Source of the DNA: a virus
Lineage: Duplodnaviria > Caudoviricetes
Length of the DNA: 38,248 nucleotides
Virus record (IMG/VR): IMGVR_UViG_3300048549_000170
Coordinates: 1 to 38,248 of that record
Direction: 5' to 3' (one strand)
The notes under the pieces were generated by a model. That model had not been told where the DNA came from and ran no database searches. It saw nothing but the letters and a program-made list of their open reading frames with translations. The position numbers and the translations under genes were made by a program. Shown here piece after piece: positions 27,842 to 37,230 of the stretch (position 1 is the stretch's first letter; every line of letters starts with the position of its first letter).

Positions 27842-28093
27842 TTAATCATTTCCAAATATCATTTGGTCCATTTTCTTTGCTCTATCTTTAGCATTCTTTT
27901 TATTAGTTCTCTCAACGTGTTTATCCATACTCATTGTACCAAAATCTATTTGGTCTTTCCTAATTGCTGTTGCCATTGGAGAATCTCTTAAAACAAATTG
28001 AGTGCTCCACTTGGGAGGATTTGCTCTTTTGCCACAAGATGGACAATTAAACATTCCCTCTGGATTTGGTTTACTACAGTGCTGACACTTCAT
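27842..28093 (-). CDS. zinc-ribbon protein
   Basis: CQHC...CPSCG. Confidence 0.75.
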   Translation of the reverse strand: MKCQHCSKPNPEGMFNCPSCGKRANPPKWSTQFVLRDSPMATAIRKDQIDFGTMSMDKHVERTNKKNAKDRAKKMDQMIFGND

Positions 28094-28096
28094 TTA

Positions 28097-28291
28097 TTAT
28101 TTATATAGTATTATGTAAGCTACTCTAGTTGCGTCAAGCTTTACTGCTTGAGTAGAAATAATCTCGTTACTTGTACTATCTAAAGTATTAACAAATACTT
28201 TAATATCATTTGCTAATGAACCAGATTCATCGTCTGCTTGTACACTTAAGTCGTTTATAAGAACTTTTACATTTGCGTTGTATGCTGCCAT
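28097..28291 (-). CDS. small virion-region protein
   Basis: GGAG RBS, 64 aa. Confidence 0.7.
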   Translation of the reverse strand: MAAYNANVKVLINDLSVQADDESGSLANDIKVFVNTLDSTSNEIISTQAVKLDATRVAYIILYK

Positions 28292-28320
28292 TGTTTCTCC
28301 AATTAATAAATTAAATTTTT

Positions 28321-28389
28321 AGGATTTCGGGGTTGAACCTTTTTACGAACAACCCCACAGTATCCAAGACTGTTAATCCTCACGGATTA
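28321..28389 (-). promoter_or_regulatory. structured intergenic RNA element (three hairpins plus an alternative closing stem)
   Basis: taatcc-GTGA-ggatta, acagt/actgt, ggggttg/caacccc; aggatt can alternatively pair with the distal aatcct. Confidence 0.6.
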
Positions 28390-28391
28390 GT

Positions 28392-28823
28392 TTATGATAT
28401 AGTGATATGTGCTACGTCGTGTGCTACAGCTTTTGCAAAGTAATTAATACCATTACAAAAGATTTCTACTTGGTCACCTAATTGTGCACCACTAATGAAT
28501 ACGATTTCATCAACTGCAGATTCTGCAGAACTACCAGCTCCGCCATCTCCACCTGCTGTCATACCAACGATTGTATCTTCGGCAGTATTGTTAGCAATAG
28601 TAACTGCGTTAGCAGCAACTGTTGATAAAACGAATTTAGCATTCCAACCAGCACCAGCTGAAGCCGCTAAAGGTAAAGTAATCTCAAAGGCAGATGCCTG
28701 ATTAACTCCGAATACTTTTCCTGAATCAGCTGCAGTTAAAGTTCTAGCTGCTGCAATCTCTTCGTATTTTAGTTTAAAGTCACTTACACCACTGTTCTGT
28801 TCTAAATATGATGCTCTAGCCAT
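28392..28823 (-). CDS. capsid decoration / minor capsid protein (putative)
   Basis: Directly after MCP; RTLTAADSGKVF...ITLP...GWNAKF beta-rich pattern. Confidence 0.65.
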   Translation of the reverse strand: MARASYLEQNSGVSDFKLKYEEIAAARTLTAADSGKVFGVNQASAFEITLPLAASAGAGWNAKFVLSTVAANAVTIANNTAEDTIVGMTAGGDGGAGSSAESAVDEIVFISGAQLGDQVEIFCNGINYFAKAVAHDVAHITIS

Positions 28824-28824
28824 T

Positions 28825-30192
28825 TTACACTCCTTCTAAATTAATTAAGTAATGTGATTCTGGTAGACATACTTCTAGTCCAGCTTCAGTAATAATCATA
28901 TCTTTACGTAGGTCTTCATCTGCACTTTGTACATTTGTCATAACCTGAGTATCACGATTGATTCCATTACCTACTAATGGTCTGTAGTATAGTTTACTCA
29001 TATCAGCCATACACATCATACCTGATGAATGCCCTCTAAATAGAGGTTCTTTCACTAAATATACTGAACCGTGAACTGTATTAATCTCCATTAACTGGTG
29101 ACCGTACTGTCCTGATAGTTCATCCATATTTATTTGGTATTGTGTACTTGCAGTTGATATATCAGAAAATGAACCGTTGCCCATTTTGTTAAAGAAAGAG
29201 ATAACAGGTAGAGAAGCTAATGCTAATCTTTCGTTACTTCCGCCTCTAGCTGGGTCAAACAGAACTTCAAAGTCTGATAATAGTCTATCATAAGTAAGCT
29301 CTGAAGCTTGTGCAGTTCTAAAGTATGCTTTACCTGACTCATAAGATAAGTTAGATGTACCGCCTACTACTGTACTGTTTTTAATGATATGACCTACTAG
29401 ACCTTCTGAGTATTGTACTCCGCCTACTTTTGCTTTTTGATTGAAAAGAAATGCTCTTTCCATATCTATTTTGTGTTCTCTCATTTTTTGAGATAACACT
29501 CTTTCAAACTCGTTAGACACTCCACGAAGTTGTGTTGCGTATGCTGTGTTTGAAATCTCAGCAGCTGTTTTGAAAATCTGGGTGTACCCATAATTATCTT
29601 CCATACTGTCTGAGAAAACGTCTGGTGCTCCAGAACCTTCTGCGTATGCAGTACCAATGATTTGAGCTCTTTTGTTATCTAAAAGCTTATTAGCATTAGT
29701 TGCTGTTGATGATACAGAAATCACTTTACCAGTGAATGTTGTATCTGCTGCATTCTGAACAGGTGCATCTTCTACTCTAACTACGATGTTAGCGTAAGTT
29801 GCATCCCCTTCTGAACCGCCAAGTGTTCTAACTGCGAAGACCATTCCTTTAACAAGGAAGTCTACTGCAGCTCCATCTACTGTATCTACAGTAAAAGATA
29901 CTGTATCTCCAGAAGACTGTGTTGCACTACCATCGTGATTACCTTTTAAAAGGAACTCTCTACTTGTATAATTAATCTTTGTTCTATCTTCTAAATAACG
30001 AAACAAAGAATCATCCGTAGGAAGTTTTGCAGTTTTACTCAAGTAGACGAAGAAAGGACTTTCTTCAGGTGCTAGTTCAGCAATCCTATCAGAAAAGTTA
30101 TATAATCTTCTTCTATCTGGAGCAACTCCATAATCAGCAGATGTAGTAGCAGCAGTCAAGTTTGTTGATTTTATTTGTCCGCTTATTGCCAT
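28825..30192 (-). CDS. major capsid protein
   Basis: IAELAPEESPF, NYGYTQIFKT, REHKIDMERAFLF, IITEAGLEV; follows portal and scaffold. Confidence 0.9.
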   Translation of the reverse strand: MAISGQIKSTNLTAATTSADYGVAPDRRRLYNFSDRIAELAPEESPFFVYLSKTAKLPTDDSLFRYLEDRTKINYTSREFLLKGNHDGSATQSSGDTVSFTVDTVDGAAVDFLVKGMVFAVRTLGGSEGDATYANIVVRVEDAPVQNAADTTFTGKVISVSSTATNANKLLDNKRAQIIGTAYAEGSGAPDVFSDSMEDNYGYTQIFKTAAEISNTAYATQLRGVSNEFERVLSQKMREHKIDMERAFLFNQKAKVGGVQYSEGLVGHIIKNSTVVGGTSNLSYESGKAYFRTAQASELTYDRLLSDFEVLFDPARGGSNERLALASLPVISFFNKMGNGSFSDISTASTQYQINMDELSGQYGHQLMEINTVHGSVYLVKEPLFRGHSSGMMCMADMSKLYYRPLVGNGINRDTQVMTNVQSADEDLRKDMIITEAGLEVCLPESHYLINLEGV

Positions 30193-30205
30193 TGTATTCT
30201 CCTAT

Positions 30206-30949
30206 TTATTTTTGTCTTTTAATTCCTCTACCAATACTACCAGAGGTTGCCGCACTCATTATTGTATCCCACATAGAATCTTGTTCATTTTTTGTAGGAA
30301 CACTTCCACCTTGTAATACACCAGCTGTTCTTGCTTGATTGCTTGTGTCAGGCTTTTGAATAACAGGTTCTTTATATTCACCTTTATTCATTTTAAATAG
30401 CCTAACTAAGTTATCAAGAGGAACGTTGTCTTTTGGTTGTTGGGCGAACTGCATAAATTCTTGCACTTCGTTTTTACTCATACCAAAATCTCTCTCTAGT
30501 TTATCAACTGTTTTTGTAATGAATTGCTTTTGCTCTTGTCCTCTCATAGCATTGTTTACAGCATTATTTATTCTAGCCTCTTCTTCTTTCACACGAAAGT
30601 CGTATGATGGAGAGCCAGGTTTATTGTACGCATCCCACGGATTGAAGTCGTCGTCTTTTAACTGTGCTGTCTCAGTTTTTTTATCCTCACCATTATTACC
30701 GACAATACTATCTCTTAAAGTTTCTACAAGGTCAGGTCTCTGCTCTAGTAGGTTCACTAATGGTTTATATTGGTCTAAGTGTTTCTTGTCAGTAACAGCC
30801 TTGTCATACATAGACTGAAATTTCTTAGCTTCTTTTTGCCAATCCATTGCTTCTTGTCCTTCTAAAGTACCTTCTTGTTGAGACTCAGCTTGAACCGTAT
30901 CCATAGATTCCACAGCTTGAGCATCGGTTGTTGATGTTTCATTATTCAT
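30206..30949 (-). CDS. capsid scaffolding protein
   Basis: Acidic, helical, located between portal and MCP. Confidence 0.75.
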   Translation of the reverse strand: MNNETSTTDAQAVESMDTVQAESQQEGTLEGQEAMDWQKEAKKFQSMYDKAVTDKKHLDQYKPLVNLLEQRPDLVETLRDSIVGNNGEDKKTETAQLKDDDFNPWDAYNKPGSPSYDFRVKEEEARINNAVNNAMRGQEQKQFITKTVDKLERDFGMSKNEVQEFMQFAQQPKDNVPLDNLVRLFKMNKGEYKEPVIQKPDTSNQARTAGVLQGGSVPTKNEQDSMWDTIMSAATSGSIGRGIKRQK

Positions 30950-30967
30950 TGTAATCTCCTTCGATGT

Positions 30968-33001
30968 CTAGTTCTCTTGTTGAGCAGAACCACGCTTGAC
31001 TTCAGCCTCTACGACTTTCAGTTCTCCACGTAATTTCTCGAGTTCTAGCAACACCTTATCGTTTAGTTTATTTTTACTAATACGCCTATCGGCAGTGGCG
31101 TTAGATTCTATATCACGTAAACGAGTCTTAAATTTCTCAACTTCAGTTCGTTTTCTATCGGATATAGATTCTCTTGTAGCCGTTTGCAGGTCTCCCTGTA
31201 AATTCTTTATTGTATCTGACATACTTGCCATTTGTTGCTCCATAGCAGCTCTTTGATTCATACGAGATAAAATACCTTCTTTATCAAAGATGTCTGGGTT
31301 TTTCTTTAATACTTCTACTTGGTCTACTAATCCCATTTGGAATGCTTCCATATATACAGCTAACTCAGCATACTTGCTTGTAGGCAAAGTAGAACCTGAT
31401 TCAATACCAACATCGTGCTGTTCAAGATTATGTTTATCTTTCTTTAAATCAAATACTACTTTTGTTTTATCGCTATATATCTGTGCCATCATTTCACTTA
31501 TATCATTATTTGGTTGAACTAGACGCATAAGTTTTGCAACGTCATAATGAGACTTAGCATAGTTATACATTATCTTGCCAAGTCTTTTAATACTAAATTC
31601 TACATCTCTTAATTTTGACTTAGGTCTTTCACTACCTAAAGATATAATTCTTTCTGTTCCTCTTGCAGTATCTGGCTGCTGTCCAACCCCTTGCATAATC
31701 TCTGGAATACCAAAAATAAAGTTTATATAGAACTCACACTGTTGTATTAATCTATAAAACTCTCCAGTTAAAGGCTGAGGTGCAGGGTAGTGAGGCTCTC
31801 CTTGAGATGAGTCTACTTCAATAACTGCATTTGGATTTGCCCAATCTTTTTCTAATTGTGAAACATCTTCTACACTTCCAAGAGGAACCATAAGTTTTAA
31901 ACCAGCAGAAGCTTGGGCGTGAGATAGTGCTAATGACCATAGCTTATTTAACAAACGTTGCATTGGTCTTGCTCTGGAGACATCAGAACGAGGATAAGGG
32001 GTTTGGGTCCAAACGTTTGCAATAGGCACAATAGGGTAAACATCTGTGTTCAATATTGTTTCATACAACACTACCTCACCTATACTTGCAACTACTTTTA
32101 TTCTATTCTGATATACTTGTATAATATCTACCTTACCATTTTCTACCAATTCTTTATTTTGTTCTAAGAATATTCTAAAGTCTGCTTCATCTACAATAAA
32201 TTCTTTTCCTGTTTCGTTTTCCATCAAACGATAGTAAGGAACTTTTACTTTGGTAAATCTTTCTAAGATTTGAAATCGTTTATAGTTTTGTTCTGTATAC
32301 CCTTTAACCGTGTCTGGTGTATAAATATTTAAAGAATTTTTATTTATATTATCTGGGTAATCTTGGTCGTGAGCATACGTAGAAATCTTTTCAATAAGTG
32401 GGTCTATTTCTTCCCCAGTCTCTGGGTCTACGCTAGCTCCTAGTTCTGGATATAAATTCAATACTTGTGTCTCTGTTAATACAGTTGATAGTATTATATT
32501 ATCTGCATCCTGGAAAAATCTATCTCTGGAGGAGGCTGGGACATAAACTCTGAATGGGTCAAGATAAGAAAACTTGACATCGCCTTTACCAAAATCAGAA
32601 TCATAGTCTACGTAAGCATATAAAAATCCAAGCCCTACTACACAATAATCGTGTATCGCTTGTTTTACCTGTGCGTCTCCTTCAGAGTTCTGCCAGGCAA
32701 ATCCCATTATCTCTCTCCATACATAGGCGATTGATGTGTCTGAATCTTCTCTTGGTACCACTGTAAACACAGGAGGTCTTGATGTAAGCATACTTTTTAG
32801 TCTCTCTACCGCTGGAGATATTCTATCCATAGGTACATCAGCCTGATTACGTGATGCTAATTCTTGAGACTCTGATTGTGTAAAGTGATTACCAAGATAA
32901 AAGTCTAAATCTTGTCTTGCATCTGTCTCCCAAGCTGTTCTATCGTTCTTGTATCTGTCAAATAGTTCTTGGTTTGTTAATGCTCTTTTGTCATATTCCA
33001 T
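30968..33001 (-). CDS. portal protein (P22-like)
   Basis: DLDFYLGNHF, DPFRVY, YPIVP, PMQRLLNK, C-terminal coiled-coil barrel; follows TerL. Confidence 0.9.
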   Translation of the reverse strand: MEYDKRALTNQELFDRYKNDRTAWETDARQDLDFYLGNHFTQSESQELASRNQADVPMDRISPAVERLKSMLTSRPPVFTVVPREDSDTSIAYVWREIMGFAWQNSEGDAQVKQAIHDYCVVGLGFLYAYVDYDSDFGKGDVKFSYLDPFRVYVPASSRDRFFQDADNIILSTVLTETQVLNLYPELGASVDPETGEEIDPLIEKISTYAHDQDYPDNINKNSLNIYTPDTVKGYTEQNYKRFQILERFTKVKVPYYRLMENETGKEFIVDEADFRIFLEQNKELVENGKVDIIQVYQNRIKVVASIGEVVLYETILNTDVYPIVPIANVWTQTPYPRSDVSRARPMQRLLNKLWSLALSHAQASAGLKLMVPLGSVEDVSQLEKDWANPNAVIEVDSSQGEPHYPAPQPLTGEFYRLIQQCEFYINFIFGIPEIMQGVGQQPDTARGTERIISLGSERPKSKLRDVEFSIKRLGKIMYNYAKSHYDVAKLMRLVQPNNDISEMMAQIYSDKTKVVFDLKKDKHNLEQHDVGIESGSTLPTSKYAELAVYMEAFQMGLVDQVEVLKKNPDIFDKEGILSRMNQRAAMEQQMASMSDTIKNLQGDLQTATRESISDRKRTEVEKFKTRLRDIESNATADRRISKNKLNDKVLLELEKLRGELKVVEAEVKRGSAQQEN

Positions 33002-33038
33002 ATATTTTCCTAGAAAAAGATGTAATTTGTCGTGCTAG

Positions 33039-33068
33039 AATTTACAGATTTTAATGAAGTTTCGGCAA
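33039..33068 (-). promoter_or_regulatory. late-type promoter TTGCCG-N18-TAAATT
   Basis: Intergenic before the portal; matches two other copies. Confidence 0.6.
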
Positions 33069-33074
33069 GAACTA

Positions 33075-34679
33075 TCAGTCAATACTACCTGTTATCCAGT
33101 TATACACCTTATTTTTCTTTATGTTTACTTGTTTTTCTATTCTATCTTTAAACTTTTTAGCATCTATTGCAGTGCTACTTGGAGCTTTTGCAAAATAATC
33201 TGCATAGTATAATGCATCCATAAGGTCATCGTTCTTTGGTTTTGGGTGTTCAAAAAACTCATCTACTATTTCAGTCATATGTTTTTTAATAAACAACTTC
33301 TTTGAATTAACGATAGGACCAAGCGTTGTTTCCAATCTATCTTCTTTCTTAATACCATATGGAGGCTTAACCCCTTTGAATATACCAGGCATCAATCGTT
33401 TATCAGCAATGGATATTCTACTAGTCATATCTCGCACCATTTCTTGAGCAGCAACCGTTTCTATGCTAACTCTTCTAACAGGTGAATACTTCTTTGCCAT
33501 CTTTACAATCTCTTCTGCCATATCAAAGGCTGGTATCTTTTCTCTAAAGTAATCAATGATGTATCTATTCTTGTTTGCATCAATACCCATAACCATAATG
33601 ACCTGATAGTCTGATGTCTTCGTTGCGGTAGCAGCAAGGTCTACTCCCATATATACATTGATTGGTATAGCCTCATCATTATCTACTAAATAGCAAAACT
33701 TATTTCGTACTTCAAACTTATGATTGTAATACTGCAACCTATCTACTTTGAATGCAGCAGACGCTGAGTCTCTAGCATCATTCATATACTCTTGAGCAAA
33801 CTTGTTTACCAGACCTGCTTCAATAAATTCTTTTCGTTTGTTTTCTAACTTAGATAAAGGAAACTGGTCTTTCCATAATGGCTTTCCATCTTCAACAGCT
33901 CTATGAAAGGTTAAGTCCCAAGGATAGTCTCTATTGTTATTCTTTGCTTCATTCCATCCATCAACAATGTTTTGCAAGAATGCGTCATAGTGTACAATCG
34001 TACCAGTAAGCCATATCCAACCTTCATTGCCTGGCGTTTCTTCAAGTGATGGAAATACAGTAGATACAATCCACTTTTTTAACTCTGCTCTTCTATCTGG
34101 TGTCTTGGTATTTAACTCTGATTCAAAGTCATCAAGGATTATACCCGTATATCTTACGCCTACTTCTGCTCTACCACGAAGTCTCTGTGCAGAACCTTTG
34201 GCTATGATTCTATCTCCTTTAGGTGTAACAATATCTTTTTCAGTCCATCGCTTACCTACAGAACCGCCATCCATATTACCAAAGTAATATCTAATGATTT
34301 CATTTTCTTCAAAGTGATGTCTTATATACTTCACGTGGTCTACAGACTGACCCTGCTCCTCTGATACCCAAGCTACAAAGTTTTGTTTATCTTCCTGGGC
34401 AAAAAGAAACTTATGCATAATAGCAGCTTTAGATAAAATACTTTTACCCATACCACGAGGTATCACATTGCAAATACGTGCTCCTGGTTTATGTTGAATT
34501 AGTTTCTTGGCTAAGTCGTGGTGGAACTGAGGGCTTTCAGATTTGTGTAAGAAGTCTTGAGGCAAGAATACACGCCCAAAAAAGATTAGGTCTTTATAAG
34601 CTTTGGCTAATATCTCATCTCTCTCAGATAATTCTGAGGCAGATGGAATTATATTAATCTTCTTGTTCTCCACTTTCAA
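33075..34679 (-). CDS. terL: terminase large subunit
   Basis: Walker A PRGMGKS, Walker B IILDDFE, LTGT coupling motif, nuclease GVDLA...SDY...DDLMDA. Confidence 0.95.
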   Translation of the reverse strand: MKVENKKINIIPSASELSERDEILAKAYKDLIFFGRVFLPQDFLHKSESPQFHHDLAKKLIQHKPGARICNVIPRGMGKSILSKAAIMHKFLFAQEDKQNFVAWVSEEQGQSVDHVKYIRHHFEENEIIRYYFGNMDGGSVGKRWTEKDIVTPKGDRIIAKGSAQRLRGRAEVGVRYTGIILDDFESELNTKTPDRRAELKKWIVSTVFPSLEETPGNEGWIWLTGTIVHYDAFLQNIVDGWNEAKNNNRDYPWDLTFHRAVEDGKPLWKDQFPLSKLENKRKEFIEAGLVNKFAQEYMNDARDSASAAFKVDRLQYYNHKFEVRNKFCYLVDNDEAIPINVYMGVDLAATATKTSDYQVIMVMGIDANKNRYIIDYFREKIPAFDMAEEIVKMAKKYSPVRRVSIETVAAQEMVRDMTSRISIADKRLMPGIFKGVKPPYGIKKEDRLETTLGPIVNSKKLFIKKHMTEIVDEFFEHPKPKNDDLMDALYYADYFAKAPSSTAIDAKKFKDRIEKQVNIKKNKVYNWITGSID

Positions 34680-35388
34680 TCTTCTTTACTCCGCTTAGTT
34701 GTAATATTTCATCTTTACTAAATCCAGTAAAGGCTTGACCAAGTAAAAGCTGTTCTGATTTCTTTTCTTTTGGATACATACTTTGTATCTTCATAAAGTT
34801 TTCCAAAGCTCTTAGCTTTACAGCATCGGATGTATCTGGATTATCAACAATGTCTCTGGCTTTTTCCAAAGTCCATTTCTTATCAACACCAATATCGGTC
34901 AGTAATTCTTCTATTTCTTTTTCCACTTCTTCTTTTATCCTAGTTTGTTTTAACAACACTGATGATTTCACCGATGCTGTATCTTTATTATTTGTTTCAA
35001 AACATTCTAAGTATGCTTGAACGGGTACTTCGCCGTGTGCTATCATTTTCACAAAACGAATCTCTCTCCAAGATAAAGGCTTTTCTTCTATGTTAGTCCT
35101 TTTCTTAAACGAGTTGTAATCTTTTTTAGGGTTGCCTTCCATCTTACCAGAACGAAAGCAAGGACCAAGCAATGTAATGTAGTAATCATCTATTGCTTTC
35201 AAGGTAGTATTTTTCATTTTCTTCTTACGAAGAATCTGTGTGACCTTGCCATCGTCTGTAATTACCCAATCGTTTGGCTGACCTTCTCTCCAATCCTGTA
35301 TCAAATCAGCATCAGGGAAGGATTCTCTAAACTCCGCCTCATTATCAAATACATAACGAGGAACGCCTTTGATAACTCTTCTATGCAT
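34654..35388 (-). CDS. terS: terminase small subunit (with N-terminal extension)
   Basis: Immediately upstream of TerL; helical HTH-like REIRFVKMIAHG...QAY and VKLRALE. Confidence 0.7.
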   Translation of the reverse strand: MHRRVIKGVPRYVFDNEAEFRESFPDADLIQDWREGQPNDWVITDDGKVTQILRKKKMKNTTLKAIDDYYITLLGPCFRSGKMEGNPKKDYNSFKKRTNIEEKPLSWREIRFVKMIAHGEVPVQAYLECFETNNKDTASVKSSVLLKQTRIKEEVEKEIEELLTDIGVDKKWTLEKARDIVDNPDTSDAVKLRALENFMKIQSMYPKEKKSEQLLLGQAFTGFSKDEILQLSGVKKIESGEQED

Positions 35389-36161
35389 TAGCCTTCAACA
35401 ACATTACCCCATACCACGCATTTGCCTTTGACTATCTCAATGACTTCTACTTGGAAGTTTCCACCTGGAAAAAAGGTAATGATACTGAATGCGTGATTCC
35501 AATTATGTAATCGACCACGTAACCATTTATTTTTTTCTCGAGACATATCCTTAAGACATCCAATACCCCAAGCTCCAATAGTTCCTGCATCTAATTTTGT
35601 TAAGGTGTGTCGTTGTATATCGTGGGTATGTCCGTACATAATGTTAGCTCCATATGTCTCGAGATGTTTCTTGGCGTGGTAAGTAGTAGCGTAACTACCG
35701 TGAATAAAATTAATTTTTCCAAGTTTTAAAGGAACATTATATTCATAATATTTGTATCCTCTTTCTTTTAACTTACACGCTATTGGAAATGTATATTCAC
35801 TCATATAAGGATACTTCTCTACAAAGTTGTCCATCCATATCTCGTGATTCCCTTGAAGCATATGTCTTTCTTTTACGTTATGCTTATCTAATTCTGCGTC
35901 TATAATATCTAAACCTGCATTGACATCTGCGATGTCTTGCTCACAATGCGGTATCTGATATTCTAAGGAAGGAAGTTTTTTTCCTTTATACTTCCAAGCA
36001 GAAAAGTTATGCCACTCTCCTACGTCTCCAATATTTACATATATATCTGGCTTGACTATTCCTATTGCTTGTAAAGCACAAGACAATGCTTTCTCATCGT
36101 GCAGAGGGAAATGAACGTCTGGAAATACTATTGCTCTTTTAAGCTTTGATTTTTTTGCCAT
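35388..36161 (-). CDS. calcineurin-like metallophosphoesterase
   Basis: PDVH, IGD, GNHE, IHG and GHTH motifs; start MAKKSK. Confidence 0.9.
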   Translation of the reverse strand: MAKKSKLKRAIVFPDVHFPLHDEKALSCALQAIGIVKPDIYVNIGDVGEWHNFSAWKYKGKKLPSLEYQIPHCEQDIADVNAGLDIIDAELDKHNVKERHMLQGNHEIWMDNFVEKYPYMSEYTFPIACKLKERGYKYYEYNVPLKLGKINFIHGSYATTYHAKKHLETYGANIMYGHTHDIQRHTLTKLDAGTIGAWGIGCLKDMSREKNKWLRGRLHNWNHAFSIITFFPGGNFQVEVIEIVKGKCVVWGNVVEG

Positions 36162-36345
36162 CTTCACTAACTGCACTCCCCCACATATCATCAGAACCAA
36201 CGAGTTCAGGGGATTCAATACTTTCTACCACCTGAAATAACTCAATGATTCTTTCTAACACGTAAGGTTCTTCTGCAAATATTTCAGCATCACGCAAACG
36301 TTCAACTAAGAACTTTGCTTTTTCTATGCCTTCTACTAGTTCCAT
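36139..36345 (-). CDS. small acidic hypothetical protein
   Basis: Coupled ORF. Confidence 0.65.
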   Translation of the reverse strand: MELVEGIEKAKFLVERLRDAEIFAEEPYVLERIIELFQVVESIESPELVGSDDMWGSAVSEDGKKIKA

Positions 36346-36537
36346 TTATTTTTTGTCTTTCTTATTTGTTGGTTCATCTTTTGTTTCAAGACCTTTTAAT
36401 GCTGCAAATGCACCACGAACCTGCTCTAAAGCTGTTGCTACTTCGTTTAATCTGCTCACAAGCCCTTCTCTTTCTTTCAACAACTCATCAAACTGTTGTT
36501 GGTATTGTTGTATTTGTTCTTTTACTTTATCTTTCAT
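36346..36537 (-). CDS. small coiled-coil protein
   Basis: AAGGAG RBS; first gene of the late region. Confidence 0.7.
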   Translation of the reverse strand: MKDKVKEQIQQYQQQFDELLKEREGLVSRLNEVATALEQVRGAFAALKGLETKDEPTNKKDKK

Positions 36538-36565
36538 AATACTAATGTCTCCTTATGTTTGTTAG

Positions 36566-36595
36566 AATTTATCATCTTTGTTAGACTCTTTACAA
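36566..36595 (-). promoter_or_regulatory. late-type promoter TTGTAA-N18-TAAATT
   Basis: Heads the late region; matches two other copies. Confidence 0.6.
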
Positions 36596-36705
36596 TAAAT
36601 ATATTCATAAACTCTCAAAAAGTCATAAATATTACAAAAGTAGTAAATAGTTCTTGGAATAAGGGAAATAATACCTTATCTTAAAGAACCTCTTTCAGGT
36701 TGCCA

Positions 36706-36832
36706 TATTAGGGTATTACCCTATTAGGGTATCCGTATTAGGGTTTTCCTATTAGGGTATTCCTATTAGGGTTACCCTATATTCGGGAACCCTAGCATCA
36801 CACTACATATTAGGGAACCCGAAGTATTAGGG
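36706..36832 (+). repeat. array of 8 TATTAGGG octamers (one is the TATTCGGG variant)
   Basis: Starts at 36706, 36722, 36736, 36750, 36764, 36780 (variant), 36808, 36825. Confidence 0.95.
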
Positions 36833-36977
36833 TACCCGACTGTCCAAAAAAATATCCTAAAAATATTTGGTGATTTTGTGTGAGCTTGTTTTATTGTCAA
36901 TACCCCCCGCCCGAAGGCGAAGTTGAAAATTTGAAATTAGGTTGAGATTTTGAAAACCCCAACCCAACCAATAATAA

Positions 36978-37187
36978 TTAAAATGTAAAGTTTACAAATA
37001 CTATTCTATTACCCTTTAAAAATCTCTCTTTACCAGTAGACCAATTTGTAATTGAATATGTTTTAGATGCTCGGTCATAATGATTACGCACCCACACTTG
37101 ATTTTCTTTCGGTTCATTTATTTCTTTTAATGTTAACCATCCATTTTCTTTTACATTTTTAATTGTAGTTATATTTTCATATTTCAT
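36978..37187 (-). CDS. small early-type phage protein
   Basis: Own promoter motif and RBS; VWVRNHYDRASKTYS. Confidence 0.75.
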   Translation of the reverse strand: MKYENITTIKNVKENGWLTLKEINEPKENQVWVRNHYDRASKTYSITNWSTGKERFLKGNRIVFVNFTF

Positions 37188-37230
37188 TTTATTATTTCCT
37201 ATATTTATTAATATTTGTATTCATACTATA

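Noticed and set aside
28321-28389. Hammerhead ribozyme or tRNA
   Set aside because: Three-way geometry and GAAA are present but the CUGANGA core is missing; no TTC T-loop or cloverleaf
33075-34679. Intein or intron in terL
   Set aside because: Normal length with contiguous motifs
36706-36832. CRISPR array (given the Cas4-like gene) or eukaryotic telomere
   Set aside because: Repeats are 8 bp with 6-20 bp gaps, far too short for CRISPR, and there is no cas1/cas2. The TTAGGG copies are not tandem
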